Below, piece by piece: positions 53,001 through 64,000 of a stretch of DNA of 64,000 nt. Below the pieces are notes generated by a model, which was given only the letters and a program-made list of their open reading frames with translations, was not told the origin of the DNA and ran no database searches. Position 1 is the first letter of the stretch. Each line of letters starts with the position of its first letter. Made by a program: the position numbers and the translations under genes. This stretch comes from Chiloscyllium plagiosum (taxonomy: Eukaryota), in NCBI RefSeq assembly GCF_004010195.1, contig NC_057717.1, positions 103,258,522 to 103,322,521 on the forward strand, in the 5' to 3' direction.

Positions 53001-55249
53001 AGAACATAGGAAATAAAAGCATGGGTGAGTCATTCAGCCCCTCAAGCTTTTGTGCCATTCAACTAGATTGTGACTAATCTCCTACCTCAATGCCATTTTT
53101 CTCAGAATAATTTCAAAATAATGGGTCATTCTTGTAAGACAGAGGTGAGGAGGAATTTCTTCTTTGAGAGGGTCGTGAAATTACGGCATTCTTTACCAGA
53201 CAGTGCTGTCAAGGTTGGGTCATTAAGCATGTTCAAGATTGTGATAGACAGATTTTTCATCAGTCAGGGAATCAAGGATAATGTGGAAAAGGCAAGAAAG
53301 TGGAGTAGAGAATTACTGGATTATCAATGGCCTCATTGAATGTGGATCAGATTCAATGGGCTGAATGGCCTCCTTCTGCTCCTGTATCTCATGGTCCTGC
53401 ACTATACCTTTGTTCCTTGATACCTTTAATATCTAGAATTCTCTATCTTTAACATAGTCAGTGACTGTGCCTCCCCAGCCTCTGTTGTAGAGAGTACAGG
53501 CTTACATCACAAAAACAGGCCATATGGTCCATCAGGTCTGTACCAATCTTATATGAGTCCTTGCACCCTCTTCGGTTAAGCATAGAATTTCAGGGCCAAC
53601 ATAGGGAACCTTGGTGTAATGTCTGAGTTGTTGACAATGATGAAGTGAAGAATGCTGCACTATATTTTCAGAGCTACATCACGGACTGTCAAAAATTACA
53701 AATGCAGTGTGGATTCACAGTGGACAGATTCATCCTTATGAAAAATTGGTGCTTGTGTGCATACCATGGTTCATAAATGGACTGTAAAAGCAGTAAAGGT
53801 AACATGGTCAAAGCAAAGACAAGCACCTCTATGTCATCAGTCAGTAACTAGTTAATGATTGCTTTTTTTTCTGAAATGTTCCAAATAAAGCAGCTGATGG
53901 TTTTAAGTGTATCCTTTCGAAACATCTCTCATGAGTAAACTGGTTCTGTGAAACACATACAACCGGCCAATTTAATTAGCACTCAAGGGATCATATCAGA
54001 TTGCTGTGACTTCTGACAAGTGTGGTGTTCCTGATCTCACATTTGTCAATCTCTGGGCTTCAGTTGATCCCTCCCAACTTCCCACAGACAACCTGTGGAC
54101 ACAGGATTTACAAATTATCTGCAGATTTTCCATCTGGCTTTCCTCTCACTTCCTTCATAAGGCTAATCTATTTTTCATGCGTGATTCATAAGGTTTACGA
54201 TTACCTGGAAATGATTATCTGTGTTTGTTTTGGACTTCAGATGCCTTTTATCTTGTGAGCAGGTGGCAAATTTTATTAACCCTATTTACTTATTTTGGCA
54301 AAATCCCCTCAATTCAGAGCAAATCTGTTAAAATATTCATCACTTTCTGCAGTTTAGGCAAAACAGTCCCAACTTCACCAATCCCTCTATATTATGGACT
54401 TTTCTCACTCTAAAACATTCAGAGAACCCCCCCCCCCCCCCCCCACCCGCCTCACCCTCCCAACACTTTGAGACCATTCTTTGGTCTCAAAGCCAGAATT
54501 GAACATGTTGCTCCAGATGAAACCTCAAAGCGAATTGGATATTTTGACTCCTAGAATCCATACATTGTCAAAATGGGCCATTTTGCCCATTGAGTCCAGA
54601 TTGACCCTCTCACCCAGACCTTCCCCCTACCCTATCCCTTTAACCCTGTATTTCCCATGGCTAATCCACCTAGCCTGTGCATCCATGGACACTGTGGACA
54701 ATATAACATTGGTAATCCACCTTACCTGCACATCTTTGGACAGGCAGGGAACAGATTCAGTCATGGTTTTCAATATGGAATTGAATAAACATTGAAGAGT
54801 AAAGATTTACAGGGGCTGCAGGAAAAAAGCCAGTTCGGCAGGACATCTGAGTTGCTCTAAAAGACAGTCAGCATAAACCCAATGATCTGAAGTGTCTCCT
54901 ATCATTCTAATTACACACTGGATAGCTTTTCTATATTTTTCATAGCTTTTAACTAGATTTAACTGAACTCCCAGGCCTTGTCCCAACACCCCTCTTAAAA
55001 TTTTGGTTTACTGTAAATGCTCATGAATCAGTGAGTCAACCTCTTATTTTTGAGTCGAACATCCACTGATTCTCGTACATGTGTTTAAATTGACCCCCAA
55101 ATCCTTCAGTGCCCTAATATCATGCTCATTTTTAGGAGCTTGCTCAGTGGGAAAAAGATCCGTTTTTTAAAAAATTATTTTCATAATTGCTCTTTTCTGA
55201 TCGAAATATCGAAAATGCCCACAAGAGAGCCCCGGGGTCAACCATTCTA

Positions 55250-55270
55250 TTCAGCACCATGGCCAGCAGC
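55250..55270 (+). promoter_or_regulatory. RE1/NRSE-like REST binding site
   Basis: TTCAGCACCATGGCCAGCAGC matches consensus TTCAGCACCACGGACAGCGCC at 17/21, with a perfect left half-site and canonical 2-nt spacer. It lies downstream of exon 2 of a neural gene. Confidence 0.5.
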
Positions 55271-55311
55271 CCATTGCAGATAACAATGGCTCCCTCGGCG
55301 AAAGTGAGGGC

Positions 55312-56235
55312 TAGGTAAAAACAATGACTGCAGATGCTGGAAACCAGATTCTGGATTAGTGGTGCTGGAAGAGCACAGCAGTTCAGGCAGCATCCGAGGA
55401 GCAGCAAAATCGACGTTTCAGGCAAAAGCCCTTCATCAGGAATACAGCTGTTGAAGTCCACATTGATGCCCTGGGGTTGAAGTGTTCCGAGGCAGAAGAT
55501 GAGGCTTTCTTCCTCCAGGCGTCTGGTGGTGAGGGAGCAGTGGTAAAGGAGGCCCAGGACCTGCATGTCCTTGGCAGAGTGGGAGGGAGAGTTGAGGTGT
55601 TCGGCCACGGGGCGGTGGGGTTGGTTGGTGCAGGTGTCCTGGAGATGTTCTCTGAAGCTTTCTGTGAGTAGGCATCCTGTCTCCCCAATGTAGAGGAGAT
55701 CGCATCAGGAGCAACGGACACAGTAAATAAGGTGTGGAAGTGGCAGTGAAATTTTGATGGATGTGGAAGACTCTTTTGGGGCCTTGGATGGAGGTGAGGG
55801 GGAAGGTGTTGGCGCAGGTTTTGCAATTCCTGCGGTGACAGAGAAAGGTGCTTGGAGGTGAGGGTGAGTTGTTGGAGGGCATGGACCTGACAAGGTAGGA
55901 ATGGTCTTTACGGAAGGTGGATAGGATTGAGGAGGGAAATATATCTCTGGTGGTGCGGTCTATTTATAGTTGGTGGAAATGGCAGCGGATGATGTGATGT
56001 GTATGGAGTTTGGTGGGATGGAAGGTGAGGACCAGGGTGGACCAGGCCTTGTTGCAGTTGGGGTGGGGTTTGAGGATAGAGGTGTGGGAAGTGGATGAGA
56101 TGTGCTGGAGGGCATCATCAACCACGTGGGAGGGGAAATTGTGGTCTTTAAAGAAGGAGGCCATCTGATGTGTTTTGTGGTGAAACTGGTCCTCCTGGGA
56201 GCAGATGTGGCAGAGGTGGAGCGATTGGGAATTTC
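55312..56235 (-). mobile_element. Penelope-like retroelement: decayed GIY-YIG endonuclease region plus 3' terminal repeat
   Basis: C..RRNCKTC, HLIYCVRCS*..LYIGETG, AEHLNSPSHSAKDMQVLGL..RRLEEESLIFCLGTLQPQGINVDF across frames. A more diverged terminal-repeat copy lies at about 56290-56415. Confidence 0.9.
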
Positions 56236-59200
56236 AAATGTTCCCAGCTGAATTCATGACCATGGCCAGCAGTTGGTGTAAATGGGAGACAACAAGGACT
56301 GCAGGTGCTGGAAGTCACTGTCAATAGATATGGAGCTGGAAGAGCACAGCAGATCAGATGGCATCCGAGAAGCATCAAAGCCAATGTTTCATGCTGAAAC
56401 CCATTACCAGAACTGGTGTAAAATGTCTTTCTCAGCTGTTCCCTGCTGATTCAAGACCATGGCCTGCAGTCTTTAAAGGCAGCTCCAAAGACCCAAGCTG
56501 GTTTTCAACCCCACAAAAGAATTTCACACACATGCACCAATGTCGTAAAAACAGAGTCTGAAAGATCAGCCTGAAAATCATAACTTTTACATGGGGATGT
56601 GATAATATCGCTTCTATGGCATCTCCTCATCTTCCTTCCAAATTATGTCACATCTCAATTCTTTGCATTGAATTTCATTTTCAAGAACTCAGCCCTAAAG
56701 CGTCTGTTTCTTTTCTGGAATATTGCTTGAGGGATAAACATGGGCCAGTACCACTGGGGAGAATTCCCCTGCTCTCCTTTGTGTAGTTCTGTGAGAGTTT
56801 TTACAGGGCTCTGAGGAGCTAGCTGATATCTCCAAGCAAGCAATGTTTCTCATTGGGCTGTCAGAGCAGATTTATTTTTGTGCTCAAATCTGGAAGGATT
56901 TGAACCAGGATGACTCATTATCCTGGTTTCCTTGGGGTGACCTCTATTTAAAGCCCATGTCCTGCTGGGATACTGTGTAGAAATGCAGATACATAGAAAG
57001 TAGGTGCAGAAAGAGGCCATTCAGCCCTTTGAGCATGCTGTGCCATTCATTATGATTATGGGTGACCATCTAACTCGGTATCCTCTTCCCACTTTACCCC
57101 ATACCCTTTGATTTATTCAGCTAACTATATCTAACTCTTTCAATTTTTGGTCTCAATTGCTTTCTGTGGTAGTGGATTCCACAGGCTCACCACACCAGGT
57201 GAAGAAATTTCTCCTCATCTCTGTCCTAAATGGGATTCCCCATATTCTTTAGATGTTTATCTCTGATTCTGAACTCTCTGGTCCGTCCTCTGTTTAACCT
57301 GTCTAATTCTAGCTCTTACAATCTCAACGTACCCACATTTCCAACCCCCCCTATGTTCCAACACCCACACATGACCACACTAGAGCTGCCAGCCCCCAAT
57401 CTTATAATCCAAACACTCCCCATGCCATTACAACCCCAGCATCACTTGCCCTCACACATAAAGCCACAACACTCCCACAAGCCCCACTCCAACAGCAACC
57501 CCATTCCTACAGATCAAACAACCCCCCCCCCGCCCCTTCATTCTGGTAGCTGCAGCAGTTCCATGTTCCCTCCCTCTGCCCACCACCTCCCACCCCACCC
57601 CCTACACCCCTTTCCCAACCTCAACCCACACCCAGCTCGGTCAAATGCTAAACTATCCCACAACTGATTGTCCAAGAGTTGGCCATATTGATTTGAGCCC
57701 CAACTTCATGTCACAGAAAGATTGCTCCTTTGCAAAGGTTAATTTTGCTTTTCTGAGCACCTCATCAGGAAAGTTGGGAACTCAGCTTGGTTCTGTCTTT
57801 ACATGATATACACATGCATTTTCATAGCCCATCAGGTGGAAAGGAGGTTGTGTAGGTTGTTTTAGCTTGTCTCTTATTTGCAATGGAGCACAAAACAGCT
57901 GGGCATTCATTTATAGCTAAAGCAATATTGTCATAATGACTTGCAGTCAGAATGCTATAGGGCACTTGCTGATCTCAAAAGACAAATTCAGTTTCAATTT
58001 GATCCACTCTTTCTGTTAGTGTTCATCTCCTTTAGTCATGCTTCACACACAAATCTGTTTTAAATTTCACCCAATGTATCTAGTGCTAGAATTGCAATGC
58101 AGTTTATCTGGTCTCCTGTTGGCACTAGCAGGGGTTTGTCAAAACTTGCGCAGAAGTAGTGTTAATGATCATTCATGCAGTTCCTTCTTAGTTTCCTACA
58201 ATCTGCCAGTGAAATTGCAGTGAGAGATTGGGAGAATCCCCTGTGGAGAGACCATGCGATAATGTATACAGGTTATGGCTCAGATTTTTGAACACATTGT
58301 CAAAGGAAGATCTAGATATTAGAATTCAAGGGGTAACAGTCATTGAATCAAAGCATTGGCTATGTTGATTAGGTTTCAAATGAGGGAGCCCAACATGAGG
58401 TATTTTTCTGGCAGTATATTGTTACACTGAGGCTGGAAGCAGGCAGTGCCATTTTAGTCTCACTACTCCATGAGTCACAACATAACATCAAAATGTATTT
58501 CCCAGTTACCAAGATAGCCAATTAAGTGCATTATCTCTATCAGGTTTTAAATAAAATGGCCTATCATCTGGATTTCTTTAATAAATGCAAAAATGTTTTT
58601 GCCATCAAAACAAAATATATTCAATGAAGATGTAATGACTGGTTAATGTACACAGTTGTGTGTATGTGATGTATAAATGCTTATTCTTGTAAATAACCCA
58701 AGCATGCCCACAAATATTTCAGTATAAGAGGGAAACGCATAGATTTCTCTCTCTCCAGAAGTTCACTGTTCCACTAAGAAATTATAAGACACATTTTCCA
58801 ACCATTATGGTTATTCTTGAAGGCAATAGGAATAAAGGTTGTATTTTCTAAAATCTGCCATTCTGATTTTCCAGCATGTGTGATCAAGTCAATAATCGTG
58901 CAAGGTTGTGTCTGGGACCTTGGCAGACACAGATTGCTCAGAAAGTACAACATTGAGGAGTTCCTGCAATTACTCGTTCAAAGGACCCAAGTGAACTCAA
59001 GATTTTTTTTTAAGGAGTAGGTGTGACCAGCTGGGTAAGCCTTCCACACTGGCTTCTTTACCCCAACTAATTCCAGATACCAGATCATTCTTTATCTAGT
59101 CACAGTTCGAAACAGTCCCTTAGGGATCAATAGCAGAACAAATGGTTATCACTAGTTATTTGGATTGGGGTGGGGGTGGATGTTACGTCAACTGTTATTT

Positions 59201-59367
59201 TGTCAAGTAAAATGCCTTAATCATGCCCTCTCACAAAAGTGTTTCCATTACATCTTTAGAAAGATAGGAGAAATATTTATGAGACTATATATGAGTGTCA
59301 ATGCTATCCATCTTAAATCACAAGGGAGTTCTACTGTCAAACACCAGGTTTCAATATTGTATCATAT

Positions 59368-59620
59368 AAAGAGACCTAAGGGGCAACTTTTTCACACAGA
59401 GGGTGGCACGTGGATGGAATGAGCTGCCAGAGGAAGTGGTGGAGACTAGTACAATTGCAATATTTAAAAGGCATCTGGATTATGAATCGGAAGGGTTTGG
59501 AGGGATATGGGCCAGGTGCTGGCAGGTGGGACTAGATTGAATTGGGATATCTAGTTGGCATGGACCGGTTGGACTGAAGGGTCTGTTTCTATGCTGTACA
59601 TCTCTATCACACTATGACTA
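59368..59620 (+). mobile_element. CR1 LINE 3' fragment
   Basis: agagacctaaggggcaactttttcacacagagggtgg..ctatgact. Confidence 0.88.
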
Positions 59621-60191
59621 GGTGTTGGGTTAGATGAGCACATGCCTGAACATATGACACTCAGACCACTTGTGTGAGCGGGCAAAGCAATTGCATACAA
59701 AATTTGACTAAGGCTTTAAGAGCATTTTTTTAATAAGATAGCAATAAGTCACAATTGATTATTCTTTTAAAAGCAAAATTTAAGGGTTTTCACTGCAGTT
59801 CATAGCACTCTCCAATCTGGGTCATGATGTTGTATGTTTGCTTTCTATGCCAAGTTTACAGTTTTGTTACTTAGCTAGAGTCATTGTCATACAGCATGGA
59901 AACAGACCCTTCGGTCTGACTAGTCCATGCTGACCATGTTCCCAAACTCCTACCTGCGTGCATCTGCCCTATATCCCTCCAAACCTTTTCTACTTGTGTA
60001 CTTATCCAAATGGCCCATGTTGATGATATGTTGGACTGCAGACAGGTCTTACTCATTGAAGTAACTGCTAAAAGTTGTCATGTGAAATTACATGATTGCA
60101 ATTATGTAGGGGTTAAGTTAAATGAGCCAAACAGTCTGTATTTATATTGTATTAATTATAATATGAAAAAGAAGATTTAATTCATTGGAGC

Positions 60192-61001
60192 TGTTATGAA
60201 ACCGTGCTGAATCCCTCTGTTAATTAAACCAAACACCCAGAAAAGCTAGCTTATAATTGTAATCTTTTAAAATATGCATGAAGAGAACTCCCTAATTCCA
60301 TTATTTAAAGAAAATAATATTAATTTATTCTTTAACTCTAAAAGTGAACATTAAACAACAACTATTCACAACTCTAAGCCCCCTTTTCTCTTAATTGCTT
60401 ATTATCTGCTTCCAAGTCTATAACAATATACTGTTCCAATAAAACACTTAATTAAATTACATCAACTTAATTTCAAATCCATACAGCTGCTGTTATCATC
60501 GGTGTCTTTCTTCTTCCAGCTGAAGGTCTCCCTGGGTCACCTTCTTTCTTTTTTTACTGTGAAGTTGTTCCATATGAAAAAGGTGCTTTTGACAGAGAGT
60601 GTTTCAATCTTCTGGGTCTCTCACTCTCTCTCTCTCTCTCTCGAAGACAGTTACTCTGTGGATGACAGTTCCTCTGTCTGACTTTCAAGCTGCCTACCTT
60701 TTTTTTATACCCCTAATATCAAACTGTCTCATTGGTTTGATGCTGGTAAAACAATAAATTCAAACTCGATTGGGTTTTGGTATCCTGGGGCATAATTTAA
60801 ACTGGTTGGTTAAATTTAAATTGCTGTCAAAACAGCAACCAACTCAGGTATCCATTTCATGGCCAAGTGTTACATATCATCAATTTTCCAGTACCCTCTG
60901 AGACTGTTAGCTAGTCATATGAGAGGTGCTTCTAAGGTCTCAGTGCAAAACAGCATTCACTCTCTCTTAAAGGTACATTACACGCCTTCAACTTCACAAC
61001 A
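60192..61001 (-). mobile_element. Solo LTR (about 810 bp)
   Basis: TG..CA ends with short inverted termini (TGTTATGAA / TTCACAACA). On the minus strand: CCAAT boxes (about 60770, 60732), TATAAAA (60703-60709), AATAAA (60324-60329). TSD is imperfect (GAGC/AAGT). Confidence 0.7.
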
Positions 61002-61948
61002 AAGTCAACACTTTCAAGGAAAGTGTAACATTTGCATCAAATCATTTAACTTCCAGAGGAAGTTAGGAGACTATCAGTTCAATTTCCAAAATATGATTTT
61101 CCCAACCTCTCAGACAGTCAGGCAATTGTCACCAATATGCAGTTTAGATGATGAGATCTTGATGAAGGTAACCAAACTCTGCAGGCATGAGGCAACTGAG
61201 TCTGGATGTCCTGAGGTGTACTGGCTGTTTACGTGTGTCAAAGGCTGGCTTAGTTTAGTCTTTTCACAAGAATGATAACTTACACTTCACGCATAGCTCC
61301 AAGCCAGGTTGGACCAGGCAGGTAGCAGAAGCTGCAGCAAAAACATTACTGCATGCTTGCATGTAGTGATGGATGGTGAGGGAGCAGGCAGCCTTCAAGT
61401 GATGCAGACTGAGTTGCAGTGAGGGACTTGCTGTGGGATGGACATGATCAGCAAGATCACTCCACACTCCTAATGCTTTAATCTGTGACTTTTCCATCTC
61501 GACACGAATATGCAAATATGCATATTAGGAATAGGAGTAGAACATTAAGCCCCTCAAACCTGCTCCACTGTTCAATAAGATAATGGCGGATCCATTTGTG
61601 TTTCAAATTCTATGTTTCCATCCAGCACTAGTAACCCTTGAATCTCCGGCTAAACAGAAACCTGTTTGCCAAAATATTAATGACACTGCCTCCACTGTCT
61701 CTGAGGTAGAGGGCTTCAAAGTCATACAATGCTCAGAGGGAAAATTTCTCCTCATCTCTGTCCTAAAAGGATGAACCCTGATTTTAATACAATGCCTCCT
61801 AGTTATAGATTTGCCCACAGGAGGAATTATCCTTTCCATGTCCACCTCGTCAAGACTATTCAGGATTTTATACACTTCAATTAATTTCCCCCTCAGTCTT
61901 CTACACTCCCAGTGGAAGTGGTCTCAATCTGTCCAACTGTCCTCATAA

Positions 61949-62224
61949 CTTCCTTCCCACCTATCTGCTCCACACTCTTCTCTGACCTATCACCTTTATC
62001 CCGCCTCCATTTACTTATCACACTCTCAGCTATCTTCCCCTCCCAGCCCCACCCCCTCTCCCATTTATCTCTCCACCCCCTCAGCTCACAGCCTCATTCC
62101 TGATGAAGGACTTTTGCCCAAAATGTTGATTCTCCTGCTCCTCGGATGCTGCCTGACCCTGCTGTGCTTTCCCAGCACCACACCCTCGACTCTAATCTCC
62201 AGCATCTGCAGTCCTCACTTTCGC
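61949..62224 (+). mobile_element. Penelope-like 3' end with 12-bp TSD
   Basis: CTGTCCTCATAA at 61937-61948 and 62225-62236. Confidence 0.85.
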
Positions 62225-62956
62225 CTGTCCTCATAAGACTACCCGTTCATTCTAGGTATCAATGTAAACCTACTCTGAACCATTTCCAATCCACTTATAC
62301 CCTTGCTTGAACCAGGGGACCAAAACTGCACCTCGTAATTGAGATGCAGTCTCAGTACTGTAATATATAACTGAAGTGTAACATACTTACCTTTTATGTT
62401 CAATTCCTCTCATGATAAAGAAGAGCGTTCCATTAGCCTTCTTACTTGCTTGCTATACTTGTGTACTCACTTTTTGTGATGCATATGCTAGAACACCTAG
62501 ATCCCTCTGCACCATAGAATTCTGCAATTGCTTTTCTGTTTAAATAAAGCTCTTTTTATTTTATTCTGCATGCAAAAATGAACAACTTCACATTTTCCCA
62601 CATTCCATTCCATCAGCCAAGTTTTTGCCACTCAGATCTATCTTTATCCAACTGCAAATTCCTTATGTCTTCTTCGCAATATAGTTTCTTGCTTACTTTT
62701 GTGTAATCTGCAAACCTGGCTAACATGCTGCTACTCCCCTCATCTAAGTCATCATTATAAATTGTAAAAAGCCGAGGACCCTTCAGGACTTCACTCATCA
62801 CATCCTGCAAATCTGGAAAAGAAAACTGCATACTCTCTGTTTTCTGCTACTCAGCCAATCCACTATCCATATGAATGTGTTACCACATTCACCATGAGCT
62901 CCTCCTTTGTATTATGATGTGGCACATTGTCAAACGCCTTCTGGAAATTCAAGTGC

Positions 62957-63266
62957 TTTAGCACTGCTGCCTCACAGCGCCGGAGACCCAGGTTCGATTC
63001 CAGCCTCAGGCAACCGTCTGTGTGGAGTTTGCACATTCTCCCCGTGTCTGCGTGGGTTTCCTCCGGGTGCTCCGGTTTCCTCCCACAGTCCAAAGTTGTG
63101 CAGATTAGGTGAATTGGCCATGCTTCATTGCCCATAGCGTTAGGTGAAGGGGTAAATGTAGGGGAATGGGTCTGGGGAGTTGCTCTTCGGATGGTCGGTG
63201 TGGACTTGTTGGGCCAAAGGGCCTGTTTCCACACTGTAAGTAATCTAATCTAATCTAATCTAATCT
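62957..63266 (+). mobile_element. Young HE1 SINE with (TAATC)n tail
   Basis: CpGs retained; ggttcgattcc B-box; taatctaatctaatc tail. Confidence 0.93.
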
Positions 63267-63657
63267 GCAGGTTCCCCTTTATCCACTGCATATGTCCTTC
63301 TATCAAACAACTCTAGTAAATTGGTTAAATATAATTTCTTTAACATAAAACCAAGCTGAATCTTCTCAGTTTTTCTATAACTTCTCATATGTTTGATTCT
63401 AGCACCTTGCATTTTGTTGAGTCATTTGGGTAACATGTAACATTTTCTCAGATAGAATGAAATAAAAAAAGTCTTGAGAGTGGGAGAGCTGGATTGGATG
63501 TTGGAATGGACTTGGCTGGAGATTTGTGTGGTATATCTGAACAGTAAATATCGGACATTATTGGCAGAAGATAACAGTAGACGAGGTGGCAGCTCTTGAC
63601 ATAGATTTGGTGAAACTATGGATAGGAAGGGATTAAAAATATCATTTTTGACACTTG

Positions 63658-63753
63658 TCACTCCTCATGACCATTTACATATCGCTGTTCGTGACCGTTT
63701 ATATATCACTTCTCATGACCATTTATACATCACTGTTCATGATCAGTATACAT
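63658..63753. repeat. 24-bp minisatellite, four copies
   Basis: tcactcctcatgaccatttacata / tcgctgttcgtgaccgtttatata / tcacttctcatgaccatttataca / tcactgttcatgatcagtatacat. Confidence 0.8.
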
Positions 63754-64000
63754 CTTAAAGCAGTCAGTGAAGGACTTCTGAGGAGTGATTGCTTTGTAAT
63801 GTAGGAGACGTAGCATTCAATTTGTAGACAGTAAACTCCCCCCACAAACACCATGATATTAGCCAGGGCTTTGTGTGATGTTAATGGAGGGGGTTGATAT
63901 TAACCAGCATGAATCCCTGCTCTTGCTTTCAACAATTGTAGTGGGATCTTTGACATCCACCTGGGCTGGAAAATGCAGTCTCTCGCCTATCAGACATCTG

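Larger units (their letters stand above)
61520..63420 (-). mobile_element. Old CR1 LINE (RT) with nested Penelope and HE1 insertions
   Basis: NFQKAFDNVPH, ARFADYTK, YKILNSLDEVDMERIIP. Confidence 0.8.

Overview
Repeat-rich eukaryotic DNA from a cartilaginous fish. The HE1 SINE / HER1-type CR1 LINE content suggests a shark, probably carpet or bamboo shark (inference). There are two assembly gaps (2884-3468, 25365-26171). The only host gene I can support is the 5' part of a noelin-family olfactomedin gene on the + strand, best matching OLFM2: coding exon 1 at 10979-11116 and exon 2 at 39649-39795, separated by a 28.5-kb phase-0 intron. I could not find later exons, so they probably lie beyond the window. 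The rest is CR1, L2 and Rex-type LINE fragments, SINEs, Penelope-like elements, solo LTRs, a TA-flanked MITE and simple repeats. Nearly all other ORF-track entries are repeat-derived or spurious. I did not find a convincing new protein-coding system. The best leads are: (i) Penelope-derived termini carrying minimal hammerhead-ribozyme cores, including three small palindromic TSD-flanked cassettes; (ii) an atypical CxCx8C cysteine spacing in the OLFM2 exon; (iii) candidate controls of this neural gene (CRE, a uORF overlapping the start codon, an RE1/NRSE-like site); (iv) several local templated or tandem duplications.
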